Source: a virus
Reading direction: 5' to 3' (one strand)
IMG/VR virus record: IMGVR_UViG_3300050119_000091
Span: 2,780 to 66,779 of that record
DNA length: 64,000 bases
The notes beneath the pieces are model-generated. The model searched no databases. It was given only the letters and a program-made list of their open reading frames with translations, and had not been told where the DNA came from. Positions 24,130 through 33,912 of the stretch are shown piece after piece. Within the stretch, counting starts at the first letter, position 1, and the number at the start of each line of letters is the position of its first letter. The position numbers were made by a program, and so were the translations under genes.

Positions 24130-26549
24130 GTCCATCGGTCGGCTACCCTACTACCGAATACGAAGAATCTGAACCCGCGCCACCTACGGTAGTTCCTGAT
24201 TATGGCGACGGCTACAGGAATCTACCTGAACAACTAAAGCGAGCGCTCATGGATTGCTTCAAAAAGGCACAATCCTGTGAGAAATTCATACGCCGTCAGG
24301 AAGTTCTTCAGGACGCAAAGATCCGTTTCTACGACATGGGAATCCAGCATGTCTACCTGAACGGAACTTACGCATGGACGGCTGGCGTTGCGGGCGGATC
24401 ATACGCCACCGGGCCTAACTCCAAAAACTACTTCAGCGAATACTTGGACGATTACCCAATCCTGCCGGCGTTCGGCCAGATCATTCGCGCGAAACTATCA
24501 GAGCACGATCCGTCCGTAGATTTCCAGCCGGATGACCAGAGCGATACGAACGATCTTGAGGCCGCGAAGGCCGCTGAAGGGATGCGGCACGATTACGACC
24601 GTAACAACGACGTTAAATTACTCCAGCAGCAGATCGTCTACCACTGGGAAATGGGCGGCAGATGCGTCGTATGGACCCGTAGTGAAGACGCGCCGCCCCG
24701 GTTCGGAGATGTGGCAGGCAACCCGCCGCGACACGTTGTATCGACCGCATACGGCAGCATTGAGGCCAAGGTTCCGATCTTCGCCAACACAACGCGCCAG
24801 TGCGGGTATTGCATTCTGTACGATGACCCGGATATCCAGGAAGCGAAAGAGCAATACGACTGGATAGCCCACAAGCTCGACGCAGGCCAACAGTGCGCGG
24901 ATGAAAACGCATACGAGCGCATAGCGCGTCTTGGAATCATTCAGAATTCAGCGGGACGCAGTTATGGCTGGAACATCGGCGATGCGGTAACCCATCTGAT
25001 CGGACGCGGCAATGGGTTCCTGAGAACGAATCGCTTTCAGGGTTACGATGACGCATTTGAAGAAGCCACGGAGTCAGACGTAAATCCAGACGGAACTGTT
25101 CTGACAGTCGGGGAAAAACTGAAGCAACTGTACCCCGATGGCGCTCACATGGTCGTAGTTGGCCAGGAGTACGCTTGCTCCTACAACAGGTGCATGGACG
25201 ATTGCATTTCAATCTCCCATCCCTACATCGGGAAAGGCCAGCAGAGAATGCCGATCCTTTACCCGATGATCGTAGTTCAGGACCGCTTCAATCAGGGAAT
25301 GAATCTGATTGCGGAATCGCAGGATCACTTGGTTCCGTCAACGTGGATCGGGTGCGCGGCAACGGAATTCGCGGCGATCACAAAGCAACGCGCAAAGCCC
25401 GGAGCATTCCGAAACCTGAAAGACATGCCCAGTGGCGTCCGAATTCAGGACGTACTGTACCGCGAGCCGGATTACCAGATTCCAGCGAGCGCGATGCAGT
25501 TTCTACAGTTTCTTGACGGTGCCCTCCCTGAGTTTATGTTGGCGTGCCCTCCTGCTATGTGGGGGCAAAGTATGCAAGATAATAAAACGGCCGCTGGCTT
25601 GCAACTCGCCGCCGCTCAGGCAATGGGCATCATGGGCGCATTGTGGGATATGCAGGTTCAACAGTTCACTGAAATATATCGCCAGAACTGCATAGCCATT
25701 ATTTCGGACGAAAAATACGCGGATCAGGTTATCACGACAAACGCGCGCGGGTTGCGTGAGGTTGTCGAAAAAGGTTCACTGACAAAAGGCAAGTTCCGAT
25801 GCTTTGCCGATAAAGATTCCGGATTCCCTGAATCAACGAACTCAAAAAGGCAATCCATGGAGCGACTGGTTGGGCTGCTGGCTCCGACCCCGCTCGGTAC
25901 GCAAATCATGGGAGCGCCGGATAATGCGGCGGAGTTGGTCCGGCTCAGCGGCGTCAATCTGGTTATCCCGGAAGCGGAAGCGCGAAACAAGCAACTTCGC
26001 GAAATCGAAAGTCTCTTGGCGCAAGAGCCTGTCATCGGTGACCCGATGATTCTGGCGATGTTGCGATCCGGCCAGAAAGTTCCTGACATCATCATGGCTA
26101 TTCAGCAAGCCAGAAACACGATGATGCAGGCGTATCAGGCGGGGTTACAGCAACAGCAAATCCAGCACGCGGGGCAAACTATCGCATCGCAGGCAATGGG
26201 AACCGCCGCGCCGCCCGCACCAGTTCCTCCGCCACCGCCTGACCCATCGACCATTGCGAAATCATCCGTTCCGATTTGGCCCTCAGACTTTCATCTGTAC
26301 GAAGCCACGAAATGCCAAGACTACCTAACGTCCGACCAGTGCAACACGGAACTGATAATCGGCAAGCCGTCACCCGATCCGGCGATGAATGGCGAGATGG
26401 TTCCGAATAACGCAGGCGTGTTGAATGTATTTTTGCACTGGAGCGAGCACGTCGCCGCGATCCCGGCAGCGCCGATGCCTGCGCCGTCTGGTCCGCTGCC
26501 AGCCGTGGGCAGTCCGCCCAAGGTAGCGCCTCAGCCAGCCGGAAGTTAA
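24126..26549 (+). CDS. Portal protein (large, P22-like)
   Basis: ~807 aa; DLEAAKAAE, MIVVQDRFN, PGA, TAAGLQLA and a Q/P-rich tail; lies before scaffold and capsid. Confidence 0.75.
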   Translation: MSPSVGYPTTEYEESEPAPPTVVPDYGDGYRNLPEQLKRALMDCFKKAQSCEKFIRRQEVLQDAKIRFYDMGIQHVYLNGTYAWTAGVAGGSYATGPNSKNYFSEYLDDYPILPAFGQIIRAKLSEHDPSVDFQPDDQSDTNDLEAAKAAEGMRHDYDRNNDVKLLQQQIVYHWEMGGRCVVWTRSEDAPPRFGDVAGNPPRHVVSTAYGSIEAKVPIFANTTRQCGYCILYDDPDIQEAKEQYDWIAHKLDAGQQCADENAYERIARLGIIQNSAGRSYGWNIGDAVTHLIGRGNGFLRTNRFQGYDDAFEEATESDVNPDGTVLTVGEKLKQLYPDGAHMVVVGQEYACSYNRCMDDCISISHPYIGKGQQRMPILYPMIVVQDRFNQGMNLIAESQDHLVPSTWIGCAATEFAAITKQRAKPGAFRNLKDMPSGVRIQDVLYREPDYQIPASAMQFLQFLDGALPEFMLACPPAMWGQSMQDNKTAAGLQLAAAQAMGIMGALWDMQVQQFTEIYRQNCIAIISDEKYADQVITTNARGLREVVEKGSLTKGKFRCFADKDSGFPESTNSKRQSMERLVGLLAPTPLGTQIMGAPDNAAELVRLSGVNLVIPEAEARNKQLREIESLLAQEPVIGDPMILAMLRSGQKVPDIIMAIQQARNTMMQAYQAGLQQQQIQHAGQTIASQAMGTAAPPAPVPPPPPDPSTIAKSSVPIWPSDFHLYEATKCQDYLTSDQCNTELIIGKPSPDPAMNGEMVPNNAGVLNVFLHWSEHVAAIPAAPMPAPSGPLPAVGSPPKVAPQPAGS

Positions 26550-26646
26550 GGCATAATGGATCAGAAGATGTTTAGAATATCGCATCAACAATGCGTGAGG
26601 CGTGCGGGGCAATTGAGAAAGTAAACGGTTGGGACTGAGAACCTAA

Positions 26647-28074
26647 ATGAACATCCTGATGAACGAAGCAGACGGCGGAGAAGGTGGCGGAGGTGGCGGG
26701 GCTGCCGTAGCGATGATGGATACCTCGCTGGCCACTGGTGCTGAAGGTGGCGACGGAACGGGCGGCGAAGAAACCGCACTCGCGACTACGGACGGCGACG
26801 GGACAACACAGGGCGCGGACGGCGCGGCGCTCCGCAAAACAGAGCACCCCGGACTGACGGCCCTCAAGACTCACGAGAACGCCGAAGTAAAGAAGTTTGC
26901 GAATACCGTCATTCGCGACAGGGCTTTCCGTAACGAACTGTCCCGCATGTTCCCTGGGGTGAACCCCAAGACGGCAATCGAATCGTTACAGCGCGATATG
27001 GTGAGCCTGGCGGGGCGTAACTGGAACACCCCGGACCCGAAGGACGCAGCGCGGCGCACCGGAATTCAGCAGGTTCGGGATCGTCTGGCGGAGATCGAAG
27101 AAATTGATCTCATGTTCTACGGCGGCAATCCGCAATTGCTCGACGGCATGACGGCGGACGATGAAGGGAAATCCGCATTCGCCAAACTCGCACCGCACAT
27201 GATGGCCCGATGGCGGGATCTGGCCCCGAACGCTTATTCCGCATCACGGGCGCGTGAAATGGTCGCGGATTTAACTCAGGCCCAGTTGAAAAACGACAAG
27301 GGCGAAGTGGTCGCGAATGCCGATGTGCCATTCCGCATTCAGCGTATCGCGCTGGCGCTGAAGGGCGACAAAGACGGCAACGTGTCCCCGCTGGACATGC
27401 AGCTTGTCCGCAATGAACTGATGTTCGTGCAGGCGTACATGTATCAACTTCAGCAGATGACTTCGCTTGCGCCTGAAGTCTTCACGAAGACGGCAGACCG
27501 CGAAGATTCGAAGTTGGCGGAACGGGAACGGAAAATAGCGGAACGGGAGGCCCAGAACCGAAACGCAGACTGGAATAACGCTCGCCAGATCATGGCGAAT
27601 CAGGTCACCACGAAAACCTGGAACCAACTGACCAAGGGCCATGAAATATCCGCCGACGATCAGGAAGAATGCGTAGCCCTGTTTCAGCGCCGATTTGAAG
27701 CGAAGATCAAAGCCAAAGAACCTCGCGCCGACGAGAATCGCAAGGGCTATATCGAATCGGATGACCGCGACGGGTACTTGGCCTACGAAAACTACCTGAT
27801 GACCACTTATGGCGTCCCTGCGTTAAAAGAACAGGTCACGCGGATGCTGGCTAAGATGGGGCCGTCGAAGCCGGGGGCGAAATCCGCCGCGACCGTCAAT
27901 GGTCAACCCGCCGTCGTGAAACCGCCCGCGCAGGGATTCACGAAACTCGCAGAGAAGCCGCCGCTTCACGTCATCAGTAACGATGGGCGTACGCGGGAAA
28001 TGGTTCTCGCAAAACAGGCCGTACTACGCATTCCGTGGAACGGGCATCCGGCGGGCAAGAAAATCTGCTGGTAG
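26647..28074 (+). CDS. Putative scaffolding protein
   Basis: Acidic Gly-rich N-terminus, helical body, between portal and capsid. Confidence 0.6.
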   Translation: MNILMNEADGGEGGGGGGAAVAMMDTSLATGAEGGDGTGGEETALATTDGDGTTQGADGAALRKTEHPGLTALKTHENAEVKKFANTVIRDRAFRNELSRMFPGVNPKTAIESLQRDMVSLAGRNWNTPDPKDAARRTGIQQVRDRLAEIEEIDLMFYGGNPQLLDGMTADDEGKSAFAKLAPHMMARWRDLAPNAYSASRAREMVADLTQAQLKNDKGEVVANADVPFRIQRIALALKGDKDGNVSPLDMQLVRNELMFVQAYMYQLQQMTSLAPEVFTKTADREDSKLAERERKIAEREAQNRNADWNNARQIMANQVTTKTWNQLTKGHEISADDQEECVALFQRRFEAKIKAKEPRADENRKGYIESDDRDGYLAYENYLMTTYGVPALKEQVTRMLAKMGPSKPGAKSAATVNGQPAVVKPPAQGFTKLAEKPPLHVISNDGRTREMVLAKQAVLRIPWNGHPAGKKICW

Positions 28075-28243
28075 GATCGGCATCTGACGTGCTATAGATA
28101 ACATCGTGCTGTTAATCGACTACATTCGGCGTCACATGGTATGGTGCAGGAATCCGCACTGCCGCCATCGTCACCACCATCGGCCAGCGGTTAGTTTCGG
28201 GTTGGAATTCAGAATCGGCAACGAGATATTCTCAGGAGAAAAC

Positions 28244-28597
28244 ATGTCCGCAACACTTCAGGTAGGTCAGTCAGTTTCAGCAGTAGCATCCCATCCGATC
28301 ATTGGCGACGGAACCCCGAGTTCAGCGGTTCTGTCAAATGTTTCACTCTCAACGGGCGATGTAAACGTGTTCACGGTGTCGGCAGACCCGAACGTAGAAA
28401 ACGGATTCATCGTCGTTAGCGTAAATCCCGGCTCGGCCCAGATCACCGGAACGGCTACGGCGACCGAACTGGACGGCACAACCCATCAGATCCCGTTGAC
28501 GCCGGATACGATCACGGTAATCGTCGCGCCTCCGCCGCCTCCGCCGCCCGCAACGTCGTTCGGCCTGGTGTTCGGCACTCCGACCGCCACGACATAA
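28244..28597 (+). CDS. Ig-like domain protein (possible longer form from 28106)
   Basis: AGGAG RBS; MSATLQVGQSV..PGSAQITGTA; poly-Pro. Confidence 0.65.
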   Translation: MSATLQVGQSVSAVASHPIIGDGTPSSAVLSNVSLSTGDVNVFTVSADPNVENGFIVVSVNPGSAQITGTATATELDGTTHQIPLTPDTITVIVAPPPPPPPATSFGLVFGTPTATT

Positions 28598-28625
28598 AGA
28601 CAACCCATAAAACGAGAGCAGTAAG

Positions 28626-28670
28626 CATCTGGCGCGGACCAAAGTACACGGTTCGCGCCAGATGTGTTTT
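28626..28670 (+). terminator. Rho-independent terminator
   Basis: 15-bp stem CATCTGGCGCGGACC/GGTTCGCGCCAGATG then TGTTTT. Confidence 0.65.
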
Positions 28671-28885
28671 GGTGTATGATACAATCCCAATCAGATTTAA
28701 TACGTAGACGGAAACACGCACAGGCAGCGGTTCCAGCACGCCCATAATCGGCAAACGGAACCCGTCAACGAGCAGTACAGAGTAAGCGTTAAAAGCCGCA
28801 AGCAGGCGCACATGCTGGCCCAATAGGGCGAAGGTTGCACGCGAATCTGAAGCGAATCAAAAATTCAATTCAGGGAGAGTGCGTC

Positions 28886-30139
28886 ATGCCTGTTGGGAAC
28901 AACAGTTCGGCCCTAGCGGCCCAAAAAGAAGTTTTCAATACCGATTTCGTTGTCGAGTTGATGAATCTGGAATCGGTTTTCTACCCGAGAATCAAAGAAG
29001 ACACAGAGATTAAGCCCGTTTCGACGCGCCCGTCGCGCATCGCAACTCAGCCGATCACGGGCGGAAAACTCCGCGTGTACGGCGCTGACGGCCAGAAGAT
29101 GGGCCGTGGATCAGGGCCGCAGGAAGTCTTCGGGTATATTTCGTGCGCCAGCTACCTCCAGGCGTCCGAATACACCGCCCAGGCTCAGTACGGCACGGAC
29201 TCCGCCGCGAAGTCGATCAACAACTACGTCAGTATGACCCACGAACAGGCGTTTAAGACGCTTGGCGGGTACATGGACGTGTTCGGCAAGATGGACGGCT
29301 CCAATACCATCGACACCGTTGTATCGACAACCACGAACGGAATCCTGGTCAACAACGCGAACCTGTTCCAGTCGAACCAGACCATTGATATCTGGTCCGC
29401 GCTCGGCGGCACTTGCCGTGGCTCCGTCGAAATCGAAACGGAAGATTCGGACACCAACACCCTCTGGACGACGACCGGACTTCCGGCTGGCACAACTACG
29501 GGCGACCTGCTTCTGGTTTCCGGCTCAACCGGTACGGCGAATTCCGGATACTTCGGTATTTTGTATTACGCCGTCAATACGAACGTCGGGAACTACCTCG
29601 GTATCCCGCGCGCATCGTACCCCGGTCGGTACACGGCCCAGGGAATCAACCTCGGCGGACAGTCACTAACGCCCGCTGCGGTCCGAGCAGTACAGGTGAA
29701 GTTGATCAATGCGATGGGCGGCAAGGCTGCGGCCAGTGTTGATTCCGTGGCCTACTGCACGCCTGCGATGCAGCTTGCCTGGGAAAACAACGCTACTCCA
29801 GTCCAGACCATCGTGGCGCAAGGCACGAGTACGGACACGTCCCGCGACATGCTCCCGAAAAACATGCCGACGATGATCGGTGGCAAGCCTATCCTTCCGG
29901 GGACGCGCGCCATTCCGGGCCGAATCGATATTTTCGATTTCAACAACTTGTCCCGCGTCACCAGCAAAGCTGTGGATTATTACAGCGCCGGGGGCAATAC
30001 GGAATTTCCGGTGGTGGCAGATGACGGATCGATCCAAAGCTCGAATCTGTTCTACGTCGTGTTTCAGGAGAATTTGGTAAACCGGAATTCCAGGGAGTGG
30101 ACGTTTTTGTCGAATATTGCCGTCCCCAAATACCTTTGA
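28886..30139 (+). CDS. Major capsid protein
   Basis: 417 aa after scaffold, GGAG RBS, strongly biased codons; HK97-like layout inferred. Confidence 0.75.
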   Translation: MPVGNNSSALAAQKEVFNTDFVVELMNLESVFYPRIKEDTEIKPVSTRPSRIATQPITGGKLRVYGADGQKMGRGSGPQEVFGYISCASYLQASEYTAQAQYGTDSAAKSINNYVSMTHEQAFKTLGGYMDVFGKMDGSNTIDTVVSTTTNGILVNNANLFQSNQTIDIWSALGGTCRGSVEIETEDSDTNTLWTTTGLPAGTTTGDLLLVSGSTGTANSGYFGILYYAVNTNVGNYLGIPRASYPGRYTAQGINLGGQSLTPAAVRAVQVKLINAMGGKAAASVDSVAYCTPAMQLAWENNATPVQTIVAQGTSTDTSRDMLPKNMPTMIGGKPILPGTRAIPGRIDIFDFNNLSRVTSKAVDYYSAGGNTEFPVVADDGSIQSSNLFYVVFQENLVNRNSREWTFLSNIAVPKYL

Positions 30140-30169
30140 AAATTTTGGCATTGCTGATATAATCATGTA

Positions 30170-31003
30170 ATGCCAGCCAAGGGCGGACATCAGTCCGAAG
30201 AAGCGAAAGAAGCAATCAGGGCGTACCACAAGGGCCGAGAGTTTTCCCCGGAGCATCGGGCGAGACTCTCGGCTTCTTTACGTGGGAAGAAGCGCGCCCC
30301 GCGATCCGAAGAGACAAAAAGGAAAATCAAGGAGGCATGCTCTGGACAAAAACGCACCCCTGAGCAAATAGAGAAAAACAGGGTGTCGCATTTAGGGCAA
30401 CCCAGTGCACGCAAGGGGGTGGTGCTATCTGAAGAAACCAAGCAAAAGATACGGGATGCACGAGTGATCCAGGGGAATCCAAAATTCAATCTTCGGGGCA
30501 TTACTCAGGCTCAGGTAGATGAGGCCACCGCCAACGGGTTGCGGTGGTGTGCTGGGCAATGCAAGGCATTTATCCCGCGAGAGAGGTTCTATAAAAACGG
30601 TGAAACCAAGAGGACGGTATGTTCCTCATGTGGGCTTTCATGCAATCGCACAATGGGGCGATCTGGAGTCTATAAAAAATATGGAGTCACCGAAGAGTGG
30701 TATCAAGTTACCTTATCATCCCAAAACGGCCAATGCGCTTTGTGTCCAGCGGTGGTTCCTCCAGTTGATATGGCAGCGCCATCAGGGAAAGGGAAGCATC
30801 ACTATCTATCAATTGACCATGACCACGAAACAGGTAAGGCTAGGGCGCTCTTGTGTTCCAGGTGCAACTTGGCGCTTCATCGGGTGGAGTATGTCGATGG
30901 GTGGGCGCAGCGGGCTGTTGAGTATCTGAAAAAGCACGGTAGCCAGATTGGCAAAGAGCGCAAGCGATCTCCGGAACCTCAGTCAACGGTGGTAAGATTA
31001 TGA
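30170..31003 (+). CDS. NUMOD3 + endonuclease VII homing endonuclease
   Basis: SEETKRKI repeats; KYGVT..QNGQCALC..IDHDHETGKARALLCSRCN; TGaTATAAT 6 nt before ATG. Confidence 0.9.
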   Translation: MPAKGGHQSEEAKEAIRAYHKGREFSPEHRARLSASLRGKKRAPRSEETKRKIKEACSGQKRTPEQIEKNRVSHLGQPSARKGVVLSEETKQKIRDARVIQGNPKFNLRGITQAQVDEATANGLRWCAGQCKAFIPRERFYKNGETKRTVCSSCGLSCNRTMGRSGVYKKYGVTEEWYQVTLSSQNGQCALCPAVVPPVDMAAPSGKGKHHYLSIDHDHETGKARALLCSRCNLALHRVEYVDGWAQRAVEYLKKHGSQIGKERKRSPEPQSTVVRL

Positions 31004-31266
31004 ACGAAATGGAATTAAACCGTAGAGGGTTTCTCTATTCTCTTGCTGGTGTAGTGGCGTGGGTAAAGAGTCCGAAAGCGAAAATTGAAAGTCTTGTTTC
31101 GCCTGCGGCGTCGGCTATCCAGCCGACTTGCGTAGCGTCGTGGTCTGCGAATCAGGCTGCGATTGATGAATACGTAAATCTCACACATGCGGCAATGGCC
31201 CGACATTTCGCGTCGCCCGAATTTCAGCTCAAAATAGACGAAGCGATTCTTGGATGGGGCGCATGA
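31000..31266 (+). CDS. small protein with twin-arginine (Tat)-like signal
   Basis: LNRRGFLYSLAGVVAWV. Confidence 0.55.
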   Translation: MNEMELNRRGFLYSLAGVVAWVKSPKAKIESLVSPAASAIQPTCVASWSANQAAIDEYVNLTHAAMARHFASPEFQLKIDEAILGWGA

Positions 31267-31961
31267 TAGAAGCTAATCCACATGGCCTGATTCAGTGGTC
31301 CGTTGCCGCAATGAAAAAGTACGGGTCAGTTGTCGATGGCGGCGCGTACAACGGATCGAATTTATTTCGTCTTATCTGGGCACCGTCGCGGGCCGTAACG
31401 CTCATGCTGGACCGTGGAGCTACAACGCTGCCAAAGTACGTTGCCGTCGAGCCGCTGTTTAATCCGGCGGTTTGGGTTCTGGAAAAATGGCGATCATGCG
31501 CGGATATCGCAGGCGAAGTAACGCAAGCGGAATGGAACGCGCCGAACTCGGAATGGCTGATGCAGGGGCCATACCCGCTGGATGGGGATTACGAGTTATG
31601 TACTCAGTTAGCGGTTGGGGTTGATCCGGCAAACGCGAACATCGACAAGGTCGTAGTGTGGGTCGAGGCGGGCAAAAAGTTCTCCCCGCAGCAAAACGCG
31701 CTGGCGCTGCAAAACAAAATGGACGCAGAGGAAAAAACGAAACGCCGCGTTATCAAAGACAAGATCGATGACAGGTTGCTGCCATTCGGCGGCGAGGCAT
31801 GGGCATCCGGATCTTCGGTTCGATCAAAGCGAAACACGAAGACTATCGAAATCAAGCACTCCGCAAACGAACTCGGATTGCCGACGAAGCCCGGAAACAT
31901 GGGGCTATCGCCAATTCATAAACCAGTCACGTATCAAGTACCATTAGGTGAGGAAGGTTAA
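31254..31961 (+). CDS. conserved phage hypothetical protein
   Basis: FRLIW, WVLEKW, GPYP..GDYE motifs. Confidence 0.7.
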   Translation: MGRMIEANPHGLIQWSVAAMKKYGSVVDGGAYNGSNLFRLIWAPSRAVTLMLDRGATTLPKYVAVEPLFNPAVWVLEKWRSCADIAGEVTQAEWNAPNSEWLMQGPYPLDGDYELCTQLAVGVDPANANIDKVVVWVEAGKKFSPQQNALALQNKMDAEEKTKRRVIKDKIDDRLLPFGGEAWASGSSVRSKRNTKTIEIKHSANELGLPTKPGNMGLSPIHKPVTYQVPLGEEG

Positions 31962-31966
31962 TTTTC

Positions 31967-32935
31967 ATGCCGACATTTGGAGCAGTTGAAAACCAGCAGA
32001 TTCCCGGTGGATTCGGAATCGTCCAGAGTTATCCGGTAGGCGATCCGCGCAATATCGAAAACATCCGCCGCCAGGTTGAACTGGACCGTATCTCCGTTCC
32101 CGATGAACTGGAAGCTATCACGGAACTTTCGGACGCCACGACGGTATGGATATATTCGGTCGGGGCGTGGCCTCAGTTTGTATCGCTCGGTTCGCTCGGC
32201 TCGCATACAATCCCCGGAATTTCGGAAGAGCATTGCCTGGTTGATGGCGACTTGACTGTATCGGCTCCTCTACCCGTTAAAGGCATCCCAAGCGAAACGT
32301 ATCCTGTTGATGACGGTGGACGGCGCATCTATCACCGCCCGCAGAAAAACGATCCTCTCCGCAAGCACACAGGAATGCATCTGGCGCTCGAAATCATCGG
32401 CGCTGGCGTGAAGTCAAAAGTCGATAACGATCTCCGTCCGTGGGGGTGCTTCGTGTCTGAGGTTCCGGAGCAGCAACCCGGCTCCCCGCTGTTTGCGAAA
32501 TGGAAGAAAGCCGTAGAGGACGCAAAGGCTGCGCTGAAACTGAACTACTCCAAGCGTCTCGCTAAAGCGAACGAAGCGTTCAAAAACGGCAACTACCAGA
32601 AGTTGTACGAGGGCGACGAGCGGCTTCCTATTATCACTCGCGTCATGAAGGTCAAGAAGTCCGATTGCCCGTTCATGGAAAACATGGTCGCCCCGGAAAG
32701 TAAGCAGTGCATCAATTGCCGCGAACATCTTCCGCCCGATGCGCTGTCTTGCGGTAAATGTGGGCAGCGCCAGGTCAGCGACAAGAAGTACGAAGAAGAG
32801 ATCGCGAAGCGGTTGGCGGCGGCAAGCGGCGAACCTGAAAAGAAAAGGCGCGGCCGCCCCGCCGCATCGGCAATTCCTGAAGTTCCGGACGAAGATGAAA
32901 ATCCGAAGCCGGAAGACGAAGACGATATCGTGTGA
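31967..32935 (+). CDS. hypothetical protein with C-terminal Zn ribbon and AT-hook
   Basis: CINC..CGKC; RRGRP. Confidence 0.7.
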   Translation: MPTFGAVENQQIPGGFGIVQSYPVGDPRNIENIRRQVELDRISVPDELEAITELSDATTVWIYSVGAWPQFVSLGSLGSHTIPGISEEHCLVDGDLTVSAPLPVKGIPSETYPVDDGGRRIYHRPQKNDPLRKHTGMHLALEIIGAGVKSKVDNDLRPWGCFVSEVPEQQPGSPLFAKWKKAVEDAKAALKLNYSKRLAKANEAFKNGNYQKLYEGDERLPIITRVMKVKKSDCPFMENMVAPESKQCINCREHLPPDALSCGKCGQRQVSDKKYEEEIAKRLAAASGEPEKKRRGRPAASAIPEVPDEDENPKPEDEDDIV

Positions 32936-33069
32936 TTTTGAGTTAACGCGGAAACTGTGTTGATTCTCCTCCGAAGTCACCGCAGAATTTACGGGCCGTC
33001 CAGTGGAGTTCCGCGCCATCGGAAAGACGGCCCACCTTACATCGCGTGTGATCTTATACAATTAACGCA

Positions 33070-33813
33070 GTGCCAACCGCGCCATACCCCACGCTCGAAA
33101 AAATTCTAGGGTTTGCGCGCGTTCAGGTAAACGACGCTATCCAGGCCAATGGCGGCAATACCCTTGTGGATTCCGCCGACTTCACTCCGCTGTACGTGAA
33201 TCGGGCATGGCTCATGCTTCAACAGGAGTTAGTCAGTAATGGTTTCGACCGATTCCGAACCGATAATCTGATAGTGACGTTGCCGGCGGTCAACAGCGAA
33301 GACACAGCGCTACAAGTCACGCTGGACTGGACTGGGTACTACGATGGCGTCTCGCTGAATACTGGCGTTGTTCTGCCTCAAACACTCATCAAGGCACTGA
33401 AGTTGTCGGAGCGTCCCACCGATTCAGCGCCGAACGTAAATTCGTTTATCGACATGGATGGCCCGGAACAGGGCATACGTCGCATCCCTTCGATAACGAA
33501 ACAGCAATGGAACGGCATCTGGGTTTGGGATGACGACCAGGTTCGGATGCCGGGAGCTACGGCCCAAACAGACGTGCATATTGATTTCCTGGCGTACCTG
33601 CCGGACTTCACTGGGTCGGGTGCGGGATTCCCTGGACCGCAGACTGCAAATATACTCCGATGTGAGGATGCTTTCGCTGGATTTATTGCCGCTGTGTTCT
33701 GTGCCGCCAGGGGCGATGTGGATGCTTCGACAACCCTCCAGCAGGCCAAGGATGCGGCGAAAATTCTCGCAGGCGCACAGCCCACGGAAACGCCAATGGC
33801 GGCAGTCCAGTGA
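33070..33813 (+). CDS. Head-tail adaptor/ring protein paralog 1
   Basis: Position; VNRAW..LQQEL; similar to the next ORF. Confidence 0.65.
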   Translation: MPTAPYPTLEKILGFARVQVNDAIQANGGNTLVDSADFTPLYVNRAWLMLQQELVSNGFDRFRTDNLIVTLPAVNSEDTALQVTLDWTGYYDGVSLNTGVVLPQTLIKALKLSERPTDSAPNVNSFIDMDGPEQGIRRIPSITKQQWNGIWVWDDDQVRMPGATAQTDVHIDFLAYLPDFTGSGAGFPGPQTANILRCEDAFAGFIAAVFCAARGDVDASTTLQQAKDAAKILAGAQPTETPMAAVQ

Positions 33814-33912
33814 TACCGCCAACTGAATGCGACGGGATTATGTGCGCGGAGTGTGCGCCCGATGGATGTAAAGTGCCTGAAACGGTAATCCCTGAACTGG
33901 AGGAAAAAGAGA

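Noticed and set aside
32936-33060. tRNA-like intergenic hairpins
   Set aside because: No cloverleaf or T-loop consensus; more likely terminator and promoter
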